The position numbers were made by a program, and so were the translations under genes. Below, piece after piece: positions 24,456-36,720 of a DNA stretch of 64,000 bases (position 1 is the first letter of the stretch; the number at the start of each line of letters is the position of its first letter). The DNA is from Schmidtea nova. Its lineage: Eukaryota. The stretch lies in the NCBI GenBank assembly GCA_044892505.1, contig CM097883.1, forward strand, positions 413,168,001 through 413,232,000, written 5' to 3'. Under the pieces are notes generated by a model. It had not been told where the DNA came from. It was given only the letters and a program-made list of their open reading frames with translations, and did no database searches.

Positions 24456-25722
24456 ATATAAAAAATGTTTGAATTTAATTATTACACATTTACTATCAGC
24501 CTCGTATTTACTTATAGTATTTTATATGTATTCTTATTGCATATGTTTCACATAAGTAACCCTGGTACGACATATATTCGTACTCACTTGAAGAGACAAA
24601 ATTTATTAAAAAATTTCAAATTTAATTAAGGACTTCTTTAATTTATTAAACAGAAAAGGCAATGCTAGAAAAACAAATAATTTTTGTTGTTTTTTAATTA
24701 ATTTATAAATATATTTTAGGCGTTTTTCGCTGTTTATTTAGTCTGTCAACAACGCCTATATGAATTATCCCCAACAAAATGTTAACACTTCCTTTGCAGG
24801 ATTAACGGCTACAAGACCTTTTACAGAATTTTTTATGCTTACCGAAATTGTCTTCAAAGATTTATTCTGATTAAAATTATTTCCAGATTCGTTGCAGATG
24901 GAGGTTAGTTAAAATAACTTGCATAACATTCAGTTGCGCAATGACTGTTATAGGCTGATGTCAGCATGTAAAAAGTCAAATGTTATTAGCATGTTTGACA
25001 TCAGATTTTACAAAATTTTTCAAATTACCATCGCGTTATGATTGCAACAATTTTATGAGAAAATAGCAAAATAATAAAAAACTTTTTTAAACCATTTTTT
25101 AAGGAACAATTATCAAACACCATTACCAAAGAGAAATTTGAATACAGGAAAAGAAGTTCACCTAAAACAGATTTTGGAAAGAGAGACAAAGAAAAAAGTT
25201 AGAGAAAAGGGGTAAAAAGTCCACAAGAAGTCACTGAAAAAAACAAGAAATAATTCAATGCAGATTATTATATCATTTATTCCACGATCTAATTGCCGTG
25301 GGTTTTGTTTCATTTATCAATGTTCTAGGGGTAATCTGGTAGAAATAAAACCAGTAAAAAAGTGCTGAACAAATATAGGATTTTAAAAATTCAGACAAAA
25401 TTAGCAAAATAGACAAGAACTTTCTTAAATAATTATGAAAATGATTCAAAATCACCACACTGGTCCAATTTACTTTTCGTAATATACAATAAGATTGTTA
25501 TAGAAAACAAACAATACTCTAGAACAGGGGTTTCCAATCTTTTTATGGTACCATACCTGTACGTTGTAAGCAACTTGATGACGTACTGGTAGACAAAATA
25601 TTTGGAAATAGGAAATAAAATCCAATAGAGAACATTTGTAAAAAAAGATTTTCATTTATAAGTGTTTTTTGCAAATTATAAAAATTTATTTATAATCATT
25701 TTCATAAAAAAAGTGTAAAATG

Positions 25723-25830
25723 ATATCAATAATTTCCATAATGGTTTTACCATTGTCTTACCATTATGGAAATTATTGATATTAATATTAAAAAGAGATC
25801 AAAGGGGAAAAAAAGATAATTATGATAAAG
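25723..25830 (+). mobile_element. Fold-back hairpin family copy 3
   Basis: 23-bp perfect arms 25723-25745 / 25760-25782 with a 14-nt spacer, then the family tail. Confidence 0.7.
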
Positions 25831-25914
25831 TATTTACGTCTATATTGTAATAAAATTTATCTGAAATCTAATTAAAAATAAAGTTTAACAAACAAAAAAA
25901 CATTAATAGATGAA

Positions 25915-28900
25915 AAAGACTTGCAGAGATGAAATAAAAACTGTAAATATTCACAAAACTATTTCACCATTGTGAACGAAAATCAAATCAACTTCTACTT
26001 ATATGCCGGTTATACAGAGGGGTCAAATCTGCCCGAAATATGAACGGTGAATTTTATTATCTTAAAATAATATTATTATCAGAATAATTATTATTATTAT
26101 TCTAAATGAGTTGTTATTATTTTCATTATTTTAAAACTTTACATTCGAATAAAATATATAAAAATAAGTAAGAAATATTTAAAAAATGACAAAATTCATT
26201 TTCATTGCTGTGTTTGTAATTTGTATGCGTCAACTATTGTAATGTGTGACATTATCCAATCAAATCACTGATAGTTTCACATTCCCACTATCAGCAACTA
26301 CTATAAAAGAAATTGTTTCTGTAATCAATTCATATCATCATTCATTCATTGATAATGTTTGACATCAAAGTTCAATCATGGAAATTGCTGTTTTGTTTCA
26401 TGTTGATTTCTATATATTCATGTCAGCCTGAAACGAAACCAACTCCACTGAAAATTGAAACGGTTCGAATCGGTTCAGATATCAAATTATTGTGTTCTGC
26501 TGAAAATGAAAGAAATATCATTGATATACATTGGGAACGAAATAATGTCATCATTGGCAAAGGTCGAGAATTATATTTGAAAAATGTTCAATTGAAAGAT
26601 GTTGGGAAATATGTCTGTAGATCAAGTGAAAAAATAGAATCGGGATTGATTGCTGGAGAAAAGTCCACCATAACTGAACAAGGTAACAAATCGCAAAAGA
26701 AATCCGGAAATTATTATATATTTTCCACATTTTAGATCAAGTAATTGTGGAACAAGAAAACATTCCTAACATTGTCATTTCTCAACTCGATGGAAGTCAC
26801 AACACTATCACACTGCAAGAAACACAAGATCTCGATATTGAATGCTCAGTCACGAACTGGTCAAGGAACGAATACGATGCACAATGGATCAAATCTGATG
26901 GATATGTCATATCAAATAATGAACGGTTATTTATCGAATCAGTTTTGAAGAAACAACACGAAAACACATACACTTGTGCCATTGTTCACAAAACTCAACC
27001 GACCCAGGTCTTCAGAAAAGATGTCATTCTAAGGATTGCAGGTAAAATTGAATGAATATTCAACCATGCTAATCATTTGTCAACATTTAGTACCAACCGT
27101 TCAAATACAGATCCTAGCTTCCGAGAAACTGACAATCAACGGCTTGATTCATAGGAAATGTGTCGGATTCAAATTGGCTCAATCGACTGAAAGATTTTCT
27201 TATTATTGGATAGATTCCCAAGGAAGAACAATCTCGAAGACTGACACAATTCAAGTCCCAATAAATGATGAATCGGTATTCGGGCAATACGAATGTCATT
27301 ACAGAGCTCATAAATCAGGCAAAACATTCATCTCAACAGTCAACATTATTGGTATATTTTCTCATTGCTATTGTTACTAATACATTGACGATGCTTGCTT
27401 GACAATCCAGCTGAATCCTCCTCAACCACCTTAGATGCATCATATTCCATCACAATCACCCCTTATCCTCAAAAGTTCCGTTTGAATGAGAAGTTCTCAA
27501 TGCGATGTCAAGTGGCACCAGAACTGAAACAAGTTCAATATTCTTGGTATCATGACAATCAACTGTTGGAAAGCAATCAGCAAACGATAACCTTTGACAG
27601 TTTCACCCGTTCGAAGCTTGGAGTGTACAAATGTAAAATAGTCGGACTGGATCAACGAAATCAGAAAGTAGAATTAGAAGCCAAATCTTATCAACGTCTA
27701 TCATTCTTTGTCCCAATTAAAGTCGGTATGTGATCAGCATTTATATTTTCCAATTCAATTTCCCGTCTGTAGAACTGATCGAAGGAGCCGGATCACAAGT
27801 CGCTGTCATCGTGTCGAGAAAGAAAGAACTGCACTGTGAAATTTCTGCTGACAGTGAATATTCTGGATCAGATGTTCAATGGAAGTTCGAAAACCAAGAA
27901 TTATCTACTCCAGACTCCCTCAACAAATTCAACATTGCACGAGTCAATGGCAGACTTGTCAGTATCCTCGTTCTGAACAATGCACAAATGAAAAATGAAG
28001 GACATTATCAGTGCCAAGTAGGTGATGTCACCAAAGCTGTCAACATCATCATCATTCAAGGTATGAACTTGTTTAGCAATTGTTATTGTTGGATTATTCG
28101 TGTCCTACTAGATGACGGAGTGTTGGCTATTTCGCCCGCAGTTGAAAAACGATTGGAAGGTCAACCTGGTGAATTTCACTGCCGAGTCAATAACATTCCA
28201 AATGTCAAAAATACCGACATCAAATGGTATTTCGTGAGGAAAGATGGATCTGAAAGAATCGCCATGCCAAACAAACGATGGACTACTTATACTGGACATG
28301 TAGCCGATAGGACTAGTTTCATTGGAACCGATTCGGCAGAAATGGAAGACAATGGTTATTTCATTTGCTCAATTCCATCTGGTCAAGAAACCCAAGCCGA
28401 GTTCATTGTTGAGAAACGATTCAGTAATTTCATAAACATATAATCCTTTATTTTATATTTCACTTTGCCTTTGCAGGACCATTTGTTGCCAAGGTGAGCC
28501 CTCCTGTTCTCAATGTACGAAAGCGTCAAAAGTTTGAATTTGAATGTTTCACTCAAGACAAAGTTGGAACCCCTGTTGGAGAACCAAGTCTCAGATTTCT
28601 CAATGGATCTCTCGTATCTAAGGATAAAAGATTTCAAATTTCAAAAGTCGGACCATCAAGAATTCGTTTAGTTGCTCCATTTGGAATTGACATCGATGCC
28701 AAACAACTTCAGATGACTTGTGGAGTTAGAGAAGTAGTTGCCTACGTTACAATCAATGTCCAAGACATTTGTCCACCAAACCATCGCTACTGCAGGAGTG
28801 GAGAATGTGTCAGCAATCAGAAATTCTGTGATGGAGTGGTTGATTGTAAAGATGGATCCGATGAAGATATATCTTATTGCAGTACTACTTTGCATAATAA

Positions 28901-29783
28901 TAATAATGGTCACCAATTAATAACCATCTAGATTCTTGCGACCCTGTACAGAGAGCTTGTGGACCAATCATCGGCAATAGCACAGTTGAGAAATACAACA
29001 TTGATTGGGCCTGCAATGGAGAAGAAGACTGCAAAAATGGATTCGATGAAAAACATTGTGATGGTAATTTATTGTTTAAATTTGCTTTTGTCATTCCATC
29101 AAATATTTTCACATATTTCTAGCATCCGACAAATGCAGACCTTTGAAATTTACTTGTAGCAATGGTGACAAGATGCCTTATGGTTATGTCTGTGATGGAA
29201 CTGCCGACTGTAGAAATGGTGAAGATGAAATTGGTTGTGGTAATATATTTTATTGTCTATATCGTTTGGAATTGATGTCGCATTTTCTTTTTTGTGTGCC
29301 AGCTAAACCAATTATCATCAGCACTTCGATGAAAGATGTTAGAGCAAGGTCGGGAACCACTGTGAAATTGACTTGTGAAGTAGCAGGTCTTCCACTGCCC
29401 GCCGTCACGTGGAGATTCAATTGGAATTGTTTACCGGATGAATCGAGAATGAAAATTGGAGAAATCAAAAACAATTGTGACAGTGTTGTTAGCGTTTTAA
29501 CTATCAATGATTTTAAACCGGGTGATGATGCCATTTATCACTGTGAAGCCGTCAGTGGACGCGATAGAGCATTTTCCAAACCCTTCCAAGTTACATTGGA
29601 CAATTAACATTTTCAATTTTAAATAAAACTTTGAAATATATATTTTTATTTTGATGACAACATTTTATTCAGTTTTTATTTTATAATATAATTTTATATA
29701 ATTATTATTTAATTATACAATTTACATATAATTGGTGTAATGTCACATACGTTGAAAAGACTGCCCGTTATCTATGTACTCGA
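25915..29783 (+). repeat. Duplicated block C (direct repeat of 12244-16109)
   Basis: Homology starts at AAAGACTTG and ends at TGTACTCGA. Confidence 0.95.
26355..29607 (+). CDS. Secreted Ig(7)-LDLa(3)-Ig perlecan-like protein, copy C (10 exons, 922 aa predicted)
   Basis: Exons 26355-26682, 26736-27041, 27091-27351, 27411-27725, 27773-28060, 28112-28423, 28477-28881, 28932-29063, 29123-29239, 29303-29607. Splice sites and frame are intact. Confidence 0.88.
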
Positions 29784-31496
29784 TTATGATTTGATATTAA
29801 AGTTCATAATGTTTTATTATTTTAATATTTTTGAATAAGTTTTTCAGCATTGTGGAATTTGGCCTAGTTAATAAATATATTTTTCTTTTGATGTTTTTAT
29901 TTTTAATTAAATTTTGGTCTTAACCGCTTATCCGTGTATCAAATCCATATATGTCAAATATTTCATTGGAATTTTCCTCATTGCGTAATTGAAGTAGTTT
30001 CTTCGAAATAAATTTTACTAAGTTATTTTTAAAATTAAAATTAATAAAATGATCATGACTTTTAAATTAAGTATGCTTTCCTCCAGTGTGTTATTTTATT
30101 ATATAATTGATGTTTTTATGTAATATAGGTGTTTTTCACGTGGATACTTAATGCGCATTTGTTCATTTTAATTTTTAAATATGTTTTAATTAATTATTTC
30201 ATAAGTTTTGTTATTACTGTGTTTTACTTGATGTTTTTCTCAATCATATTTTAAGTTTACTTCATGCTCACCCTCAAAATGTTGTATTTCCGCGTTATTC
30301 AAACAAAATTCAGTTTTTGCCCAACACTTTAATTACTTAAATTATCATAAACTGCATTCTCTTATGACCCTAGGGACTATGGGAAGCGCTACATTGACGT
30401 CAGCAATATCCACTTCTCGGCGAAATTCTACTTCTAAAATACTGAATCTACGCGGCGGCGGTTCACAATATTAATAAGTTTTGGATTTAAGTTGTGGTTA
30501 AATTAAGGGGAAAAGTCCATTTGGGTTCGATTTATATAAAAATAAGATGGGTTCTTTTGATAACAGACTATCAATCAAATTTATTATAAATATTTCTTGT
30601 ATCATTTTATTAATAATGATCATAAATTTTTAAGTATTTATACAAATTTATCCAAGATTTGTGTGTATTACTCATGAATTGCAATTTGATTGCATCCCTA
30701 TTGCAGCTTGATTAAAATTCTATTGCAAGTTGACTGCAACTAATGCATTTCCAACAAAGATATTGCAATACAGATGCATGTCGTAAAACTTCATGTCATA
30801 TAGCTAAAGGTTGTATGATAATTTATATATGTCAGTAATTAGTTATACATATAAACCGCATTTATCTACTCTGACAAGTAAGTTTTGGCTAACAGGTACT
30901 CAAATAAACACTGACCATGTTCTTTACTAAATCATCATAAAATATACTAAACAGGTGTGTTTTCACTATGCATGTGTATTTTCACTAAACATGTGTGTTT
31001 TCACTATAATATATCTTAAAATCACCCATATTAACACATAAAGTAATTATAATCATTTACTTTAATATTATAAGTTATTTTATTTTGCTAATTAAATTTT
31101 TATATTATAAAAAATTGTAATTGTTTCATATTATAAAAAATTGTGATTAATTTATATTGTATTTAATGTTGTTAAAAATTATTTCATGTTAATACTTAAG
31201 TTATGTAAAGTAGCGCGTTAACGATACTTTAAAAGTTATGTTTTATATTAATTTAATTTCTTGTTACGGTTTCCATTATTTATATTTTTAATAAATTATG
31301 ATATATAGTGTAATAATTATATTTAAATATATTTCGTTAGGTAAATTTTGACGATTTTAATTACCAAGATTTATTGATGATGATGAAGTCAATCAGTTTA
31401 AAAGATTTTATTTTATAATGAGATTGTATTTTACTTTTAATTTTTTAATGAAGCATGCCACTCTTTGTGGTGGACGACCGTAATCCAACCTATTGG

Positions 31497-31497
<1 letters not shown>

Positions 31498-31546
<49 letters not shown>
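31498..31546. repeat. (TAA)n microsatellite
   Basis: Direct reading. Confidence 0.95.
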
Positions 31547-31547
<1 letters not shown>

Positions 31548-31719
31548 TTACTTTGGAAAATAATACTTAGGAAAATATATCAATATTAGTAATAATAATA
31601 ATAATACTTCGGAAAATAGAAACAAGGATAATAATTATTATAATAATAATAAATTAATAAATAAGTAACAAAATAAGCCTTTTATGCAATATCAATTTTA
31701 TTAAGTTAACATTTCATAT

Positions 31720-33351
31720 TCGGACATCCTGTTCTTTTATGGCCTTCTTCACTATATGCCAATTATTTAAACTTTGGTCTGTCATTTCTTTGGATTCCTT
31801 GGATGTTAAAATTATATTGCTTGTTTGTAATTTTTAATTCTGATTTGGCTTGCTGTATGCTTTTCTTCTAGACATGTAGTTGTATCTTTGTGGCATAAAT
31901 CTTGTTAGAATATATACAATCTTTTAGTCATATCAGCGTATCTTGCTTCAGTTCTCATAACTGCCATCGAGTTACTGTTTCGATTTAATTCTTTAATTAC
32001 CTTTTCGTGTTTTTTAATTCTCTTTTTCATTTCATCCACTTATTTATATTCATTTAATCTCAAAATCTTTTTTTCAAATCTTGGTCTCTTACTGCATTAA
32101 ATATGAGAATTTTTTGGCGCTCTTCTTCATTAAATTCACGTTTCAGAATTCATTTTGATAATTTCTCAATTTTTTGCAGAAATCATCCTTGTCTATATTC
32201 TAGCGTTTTAATTAGGTCTTCCATCAGATTCATTGGTTTTTTGAAGGCTACTCTCAGTTTATACATATAATTTTGTTTCTCATCGGCAAGATCATATTTT
32301 TAAATTGCATCCGTTGATAAGAAAGCTTTGACAAATCTTCCTTTAAAATCCTCAGCTATCGACATTAATTCGAAAAGTCTTTCTGTTTCCTTTATTAAAT
32401 CTTCGACATCGGTTCCCATCTCGAAATTTTACGGTGCCTTGATAAAATTGTCCATCGTGGTCGTCATATCATTTGTTTGATTTCGTAAATTAATAACGTC
32501 GATAGTTTCTCAAAATATTTTTTAAAACAACACAAATTTCTTCTATTATTAAAACAATTTCTTTTTTATCTTTGAGGATATTTTTGCAAGCATGAATTAA
32601 TAATTGAATAGGGAATATTCATACACAAGCATTCAGTGCGCATTTTATATTTTAATTTTCAATCATTCTTAAATATGAAATTTACAATCAAGCTAATTAA
32701 TAATTTCAATATTTATATTCAATTTATTATGCTGATTTATAATTTTATTATCTAACTTTATTATATCCATTAAAAGCTAAAAATTAAATACTGTTTCTAT
32801 TTAATTATTCTCATATCCCTCTTTTTAAAAAGCCTTAGCCACTCTATATTTTGTATAAACCTTTTTTCCATTATTAAGTTCTACTTCATAGCTCCTCTCA
32901 TGTATTTGTTTTATCACTTTGGCAGGTCCAAAATATCTATCATCTCCTACTTTTAATTTTCTTTCTGTTATTTCGTTAAAACTTGTATTCTCAATTGACA
33001 TATTTGTAAACCATTCTTTATATATACTTTTTCCAAACACTCTTTCACATGTAGTTTGTCTAATTGTTTTCTGAAATGTGGAATTCAACATAAACTCAAC
33101 TTTTGGTAATAACTCCATCCAGTTCTTGTGATTCTGATCTTTTAAACTGATATGAATGGCATCTCTAATTGTTCTGAATTGTCTTTCGATTAATTTTCAA
33201 TCATTTTTAAATATTAAATTTACAATCAAGCCAATTAATAATTTCAATATTTATATTTAATTTATTATGCTGATTTATAATTTTGTTATCTAATTTTATT
33301 ATATCCATTAAAAACTGAAAATTAAATACTGTTTCTATCTAATTATTCTCA
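31720..33351 (-). mobile_element. Ty3/Gypsy remnants: LTR-like repeat, integrase tail, PPT, LTR-like repeat, degenerate gag
   Basis: ORF 32825-33118 (WMELLPKVEFMLNSTFQKTI) is integrase-like. About 155-bp direct repeats at 32657-32813 and 33195-33351 start TG on the minus strand; a purine tract AAAAAGAGGGATA precedes 32813. A broken gag-like frame at 32470-31720 ends GHKRTGCP. Confidence 0.7.
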
Positions 33352-34654
33352 CAAAAACAAAGTTTCAATACATCACAAGTGCAATAAGACCAATAATAAA
33401 GATATAAACCTACAATAATTTCATATTAAATATCAAAAATGCAAAATCTTTTCAGCAAATCGAATCCAATAAAAGATTCAGTTCAAATGAAACCAGTTAA
33501 GAACGAAGCCAAATTACTTTTCTTCCATTGAAATTACTTTCCTCTTGAAGCATGAAGTGATAAGTGGATATTCCGAGCTGTGTCATGATTTGAAAAGCGA
33601 GATGGTTACCTGAAATGAAGACATTAGAACCACAACTAAAATAAACCACCAATCTAAACCACCCGTTAACATGCATCAAATGTGAAAGACTACAAGTGAA
33701 AGAGTGTTTGGAAAAAGTATATATAAAGAATGGTTTACAAATATGTCAAAATTAACACGCATCAAAATCGATAATTTACTGTTGAGTAATAATTACCATA
33801 TTGTAATTTGACCAATCAGATTTCCCTTTTTTTGATCGCCACCTACTAAAAATAGATATATTAGATCTTTACTATTAAAATAATTTTACTTTCATTTAAT
33901 AGAGGGGGGGGGTCACCAGGATTTAAATCGCTAATATAATTTTCATTATTAATGAATTTAATAACTTTAAATAGTCTTGAAAGGGAGATTTAGGACTATA
34001 TAATTTTAAGTATCTCGGTTAAAAATCCGCTGCTTGGATACCAGAGCCGCGGAATACATTTAAAAAATAGAAATAAAAATTTTAAAATTTAGATTTTCTT
34101 TTGTATCAATTGGGAAAAATCCGTTAGACAAATTGGCAAATTAATGGTGATTTAGTAAAAGAAATCTCATAACACAATTAAAAATTATTTTTTTAAAAAT
34201 ATAATTTTCTTTTTGTGTTGATAAACAATTCCATCAACCCTTTTTAGGACGCCAAAAAATTGGACGAAGTTGTAAATTGGAATGATGAAGCTAATTAAGT
34301 CTAGTACCCACGATTGGTTTGACGAAGGTTCTCGATTTGATGAATGCCCTGAATTGGGTTGTATAATATGCGCGTTTAGGAGTGATGATTGAATTAAATG
34401 ATTGAGAGTTTTTTTGGATGAAGGTGGGATAGATTAATAGGCCTGGTGCCGCTTGGCAAGAAGTTCATTTTCATAAAATGTTTAAAGATTTTATCAGTTG
34501 TTAACCTCTAAACATCCTTAAGATATTGCTATCCATGGGGAACTTGTTTTTGACTCCAACCCCTAGCTCGGAAGGCCTTGGAAAATGGGGAACAAATGGA
34601 TAAATCTTCAGAGAATATTGGTAAACTGGAATAACCTTAACATGCTTTTAATGA

Positions 34655-35466
34655 TCTTGTTTGGATTGTTCATTTGCGTTATATATGTGGCATGAATACA
34701 GGATTAATGCGAGGGTTCACATCTTTTGTATGTCTTGTGCGATCGGAAAAAAGCTGTATCGAAAATTTGGCAACAATACTTATGTGAGTGAATTATTAAA
34801 GTGAATTATTAATTTTTTATTTCATTTATTTATTCATAAATCCATGAGGAAAGTTGTGAAGTTATGTTCATCATTATTATTCGTACATATGAGAGATGAA
34901 GTACTGATTATAGTAGTAGTAGTTGACTTGCGCTTATTGGAACAATTCTAGTTATTTATAAAACATTTTAGATGACAGAAGCAAAACTAGATGAAATTTT
35001 AAAATATGCCAAAGAGTCGGCACAGAGAAACTGACACACAAGCATCAGGTTATCCGATATGGAAGAGGAGAAGAAGCTCAAATTTATGACGGAACGTATG
35101 GAAAAGTTTCATTCTCAGTGCCGAAAGATTGAGTCCACATCGACCAATGTGGAAGGCACCGAGAAGTTGAAAAAACAGATTTGACTTCTCCAAGAATAAG
35201 CGGCTGAAGATGCGCTACACCAACGAGCGTTGAATCTCACAATCCGAGAGCATAAAGCCGAGATCGCACGACTGCAAGTAGATGCCAACATAATTTCCGT
35301 TATGCAGCCGAAAATTGAATTCCCCAAACTGGAGATTTTCCAAGTGCTGGTGGGAGAAATAGTTCAGATCACTACGCCCGACTCAAATGCTGTTTCTGAC
35401 CAACAAAAACGATGTAGACCTAACAAAGGAGTGCGAGCTAAGTGGAAGCGTTGCCAGGAAGCATGA
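34655..35466 (+). pseudogene. Decayed two-exon gene: Zn-finger-like exon plus coiled-coil-like exon
   Basis: 34655-34783 reads SCLDC...RVHIFCMSC. Intron 34784-34971 is GTGAGT...TTTTAG. 34972-35466 is one 165-codon frame with three internal stops. Confidence 0.45.
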
Positions 35467-36169
35467 TTTCTGGCTCAACTGAGAAAAACAAAGACGGAGA
35501 CAATATTTTAATTACATGTATAATTTAACTTATTTTACTTAGTTTTGTTGTTGCTCAAAAGAACCTACCGGGTAATTATTTTCGAAATATGATTTACATC
35601 GACAATGCATCCGTTAGAGAATCGAAAATCTTTCCTTAATTTTCTGATATCGTAATTTCTAACTGAGATATATAACAGGATATAGGACTATGGAAGGGCA
35701 ATAAACCTTCCATCGCTCACCCTTGAACCCTCTGCAATGATCAGTAAATCATAGTTCCGAATTTTTCGACGCTCACTGATTGCGAACCTCCACCGTTTGT
35801 TACATTACCAAAGTTACATTGTAGCGGGCAACAAGATGGTTAGCTAATGTTTTGTGTGTTGAGTTGTTGATGATAAGCCATAGCAACGTCAAGGTCACAT
35901 TGACGGACAACAACCCAACATAAAGATTTACTAAAGAGAAAAAGGGCAAAGTTTTAAATTTACAGAAGGTTAAAATTTGCGCCGAATCAATTGTTTTTAT
36001 CTCTCATTGAAGAACTATCCTTAACACTTGAAGAATGCAGATAACTGTGTAACTGTAATTATCTATTGAAATTTGAAAAAAAATTATTTTGTGTGTTTTG
36101 TTAATTTGTTTATAATGAAAGGACATGTGGAGTCATATAGTAACCGGCTTTTTAATAATAACCCAACAT

Positions 36170-36720
36170 ATGTGTTGAGGATACCTAAATAATAAATAAT
36201 ATTATAAATAAATGGAATAACTTGAGGGGAATCGATAGGGTGATTGAGATAGTATTCTGAAATTTGGAGAAGAAAACAGAAAAGCAGAAAATTGAGAAAT
36301 GAGGATAGGATATCAAAACAAAAAGAAATTCAACAATAAAGCGGAGAAAGGTCACTTATAATAATAAGTGCAAGAAAATAAAAAGGAATTCCAAAATTAG
36401 AAAACAAAATCAATAAGAAAAAAAATCGGCATCTCACCAGCTGCCAGAGGTAACGTGAGAACTAGGAAAAAGTATAGAAAATGCCAGAAGCAGAAATGGA
36501 AAAAAACAAATTATTCCGAGTTCCGAACTGTCAGGTGGTACCACGGGAGTTGAAAAAAAAGAAAATTCCAAATGCCAAAGACATGAATGGGAAAAAACGA
36601 TTTACCCTGAGTGCTGGAAAATGGTGGACAATAAAACCGAAAGTTATCTTTATTGAATCAGAAGTTAAGTAGTGTTAAAAATTGAATTGTAGAAGTTGCG
36701 CGATATTTGAAAATTAAAGT
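36170..36720 (-). repeat. Dispersed repeat R1, reverse copy
   Basis: TGTTGAGGATACCTAAA start and GGAGAAGAAAAC-GAAAAGCA-AAAATTGAGAAATGAGGA block shared with 46352-46870. Confidence 0.65.

Noticed and set aside
24245-24472. ORF with a YI repeat
   Set aside because: Translation of a (TA)n microsatellite.
30953-31010. Three ~19-bp tandem units (CATGTGTGTTTTCACTA..) as a CRISPR-like array
   Set aside because: No spacers and a eukaryotic context; it is an ordinary minisatellite.
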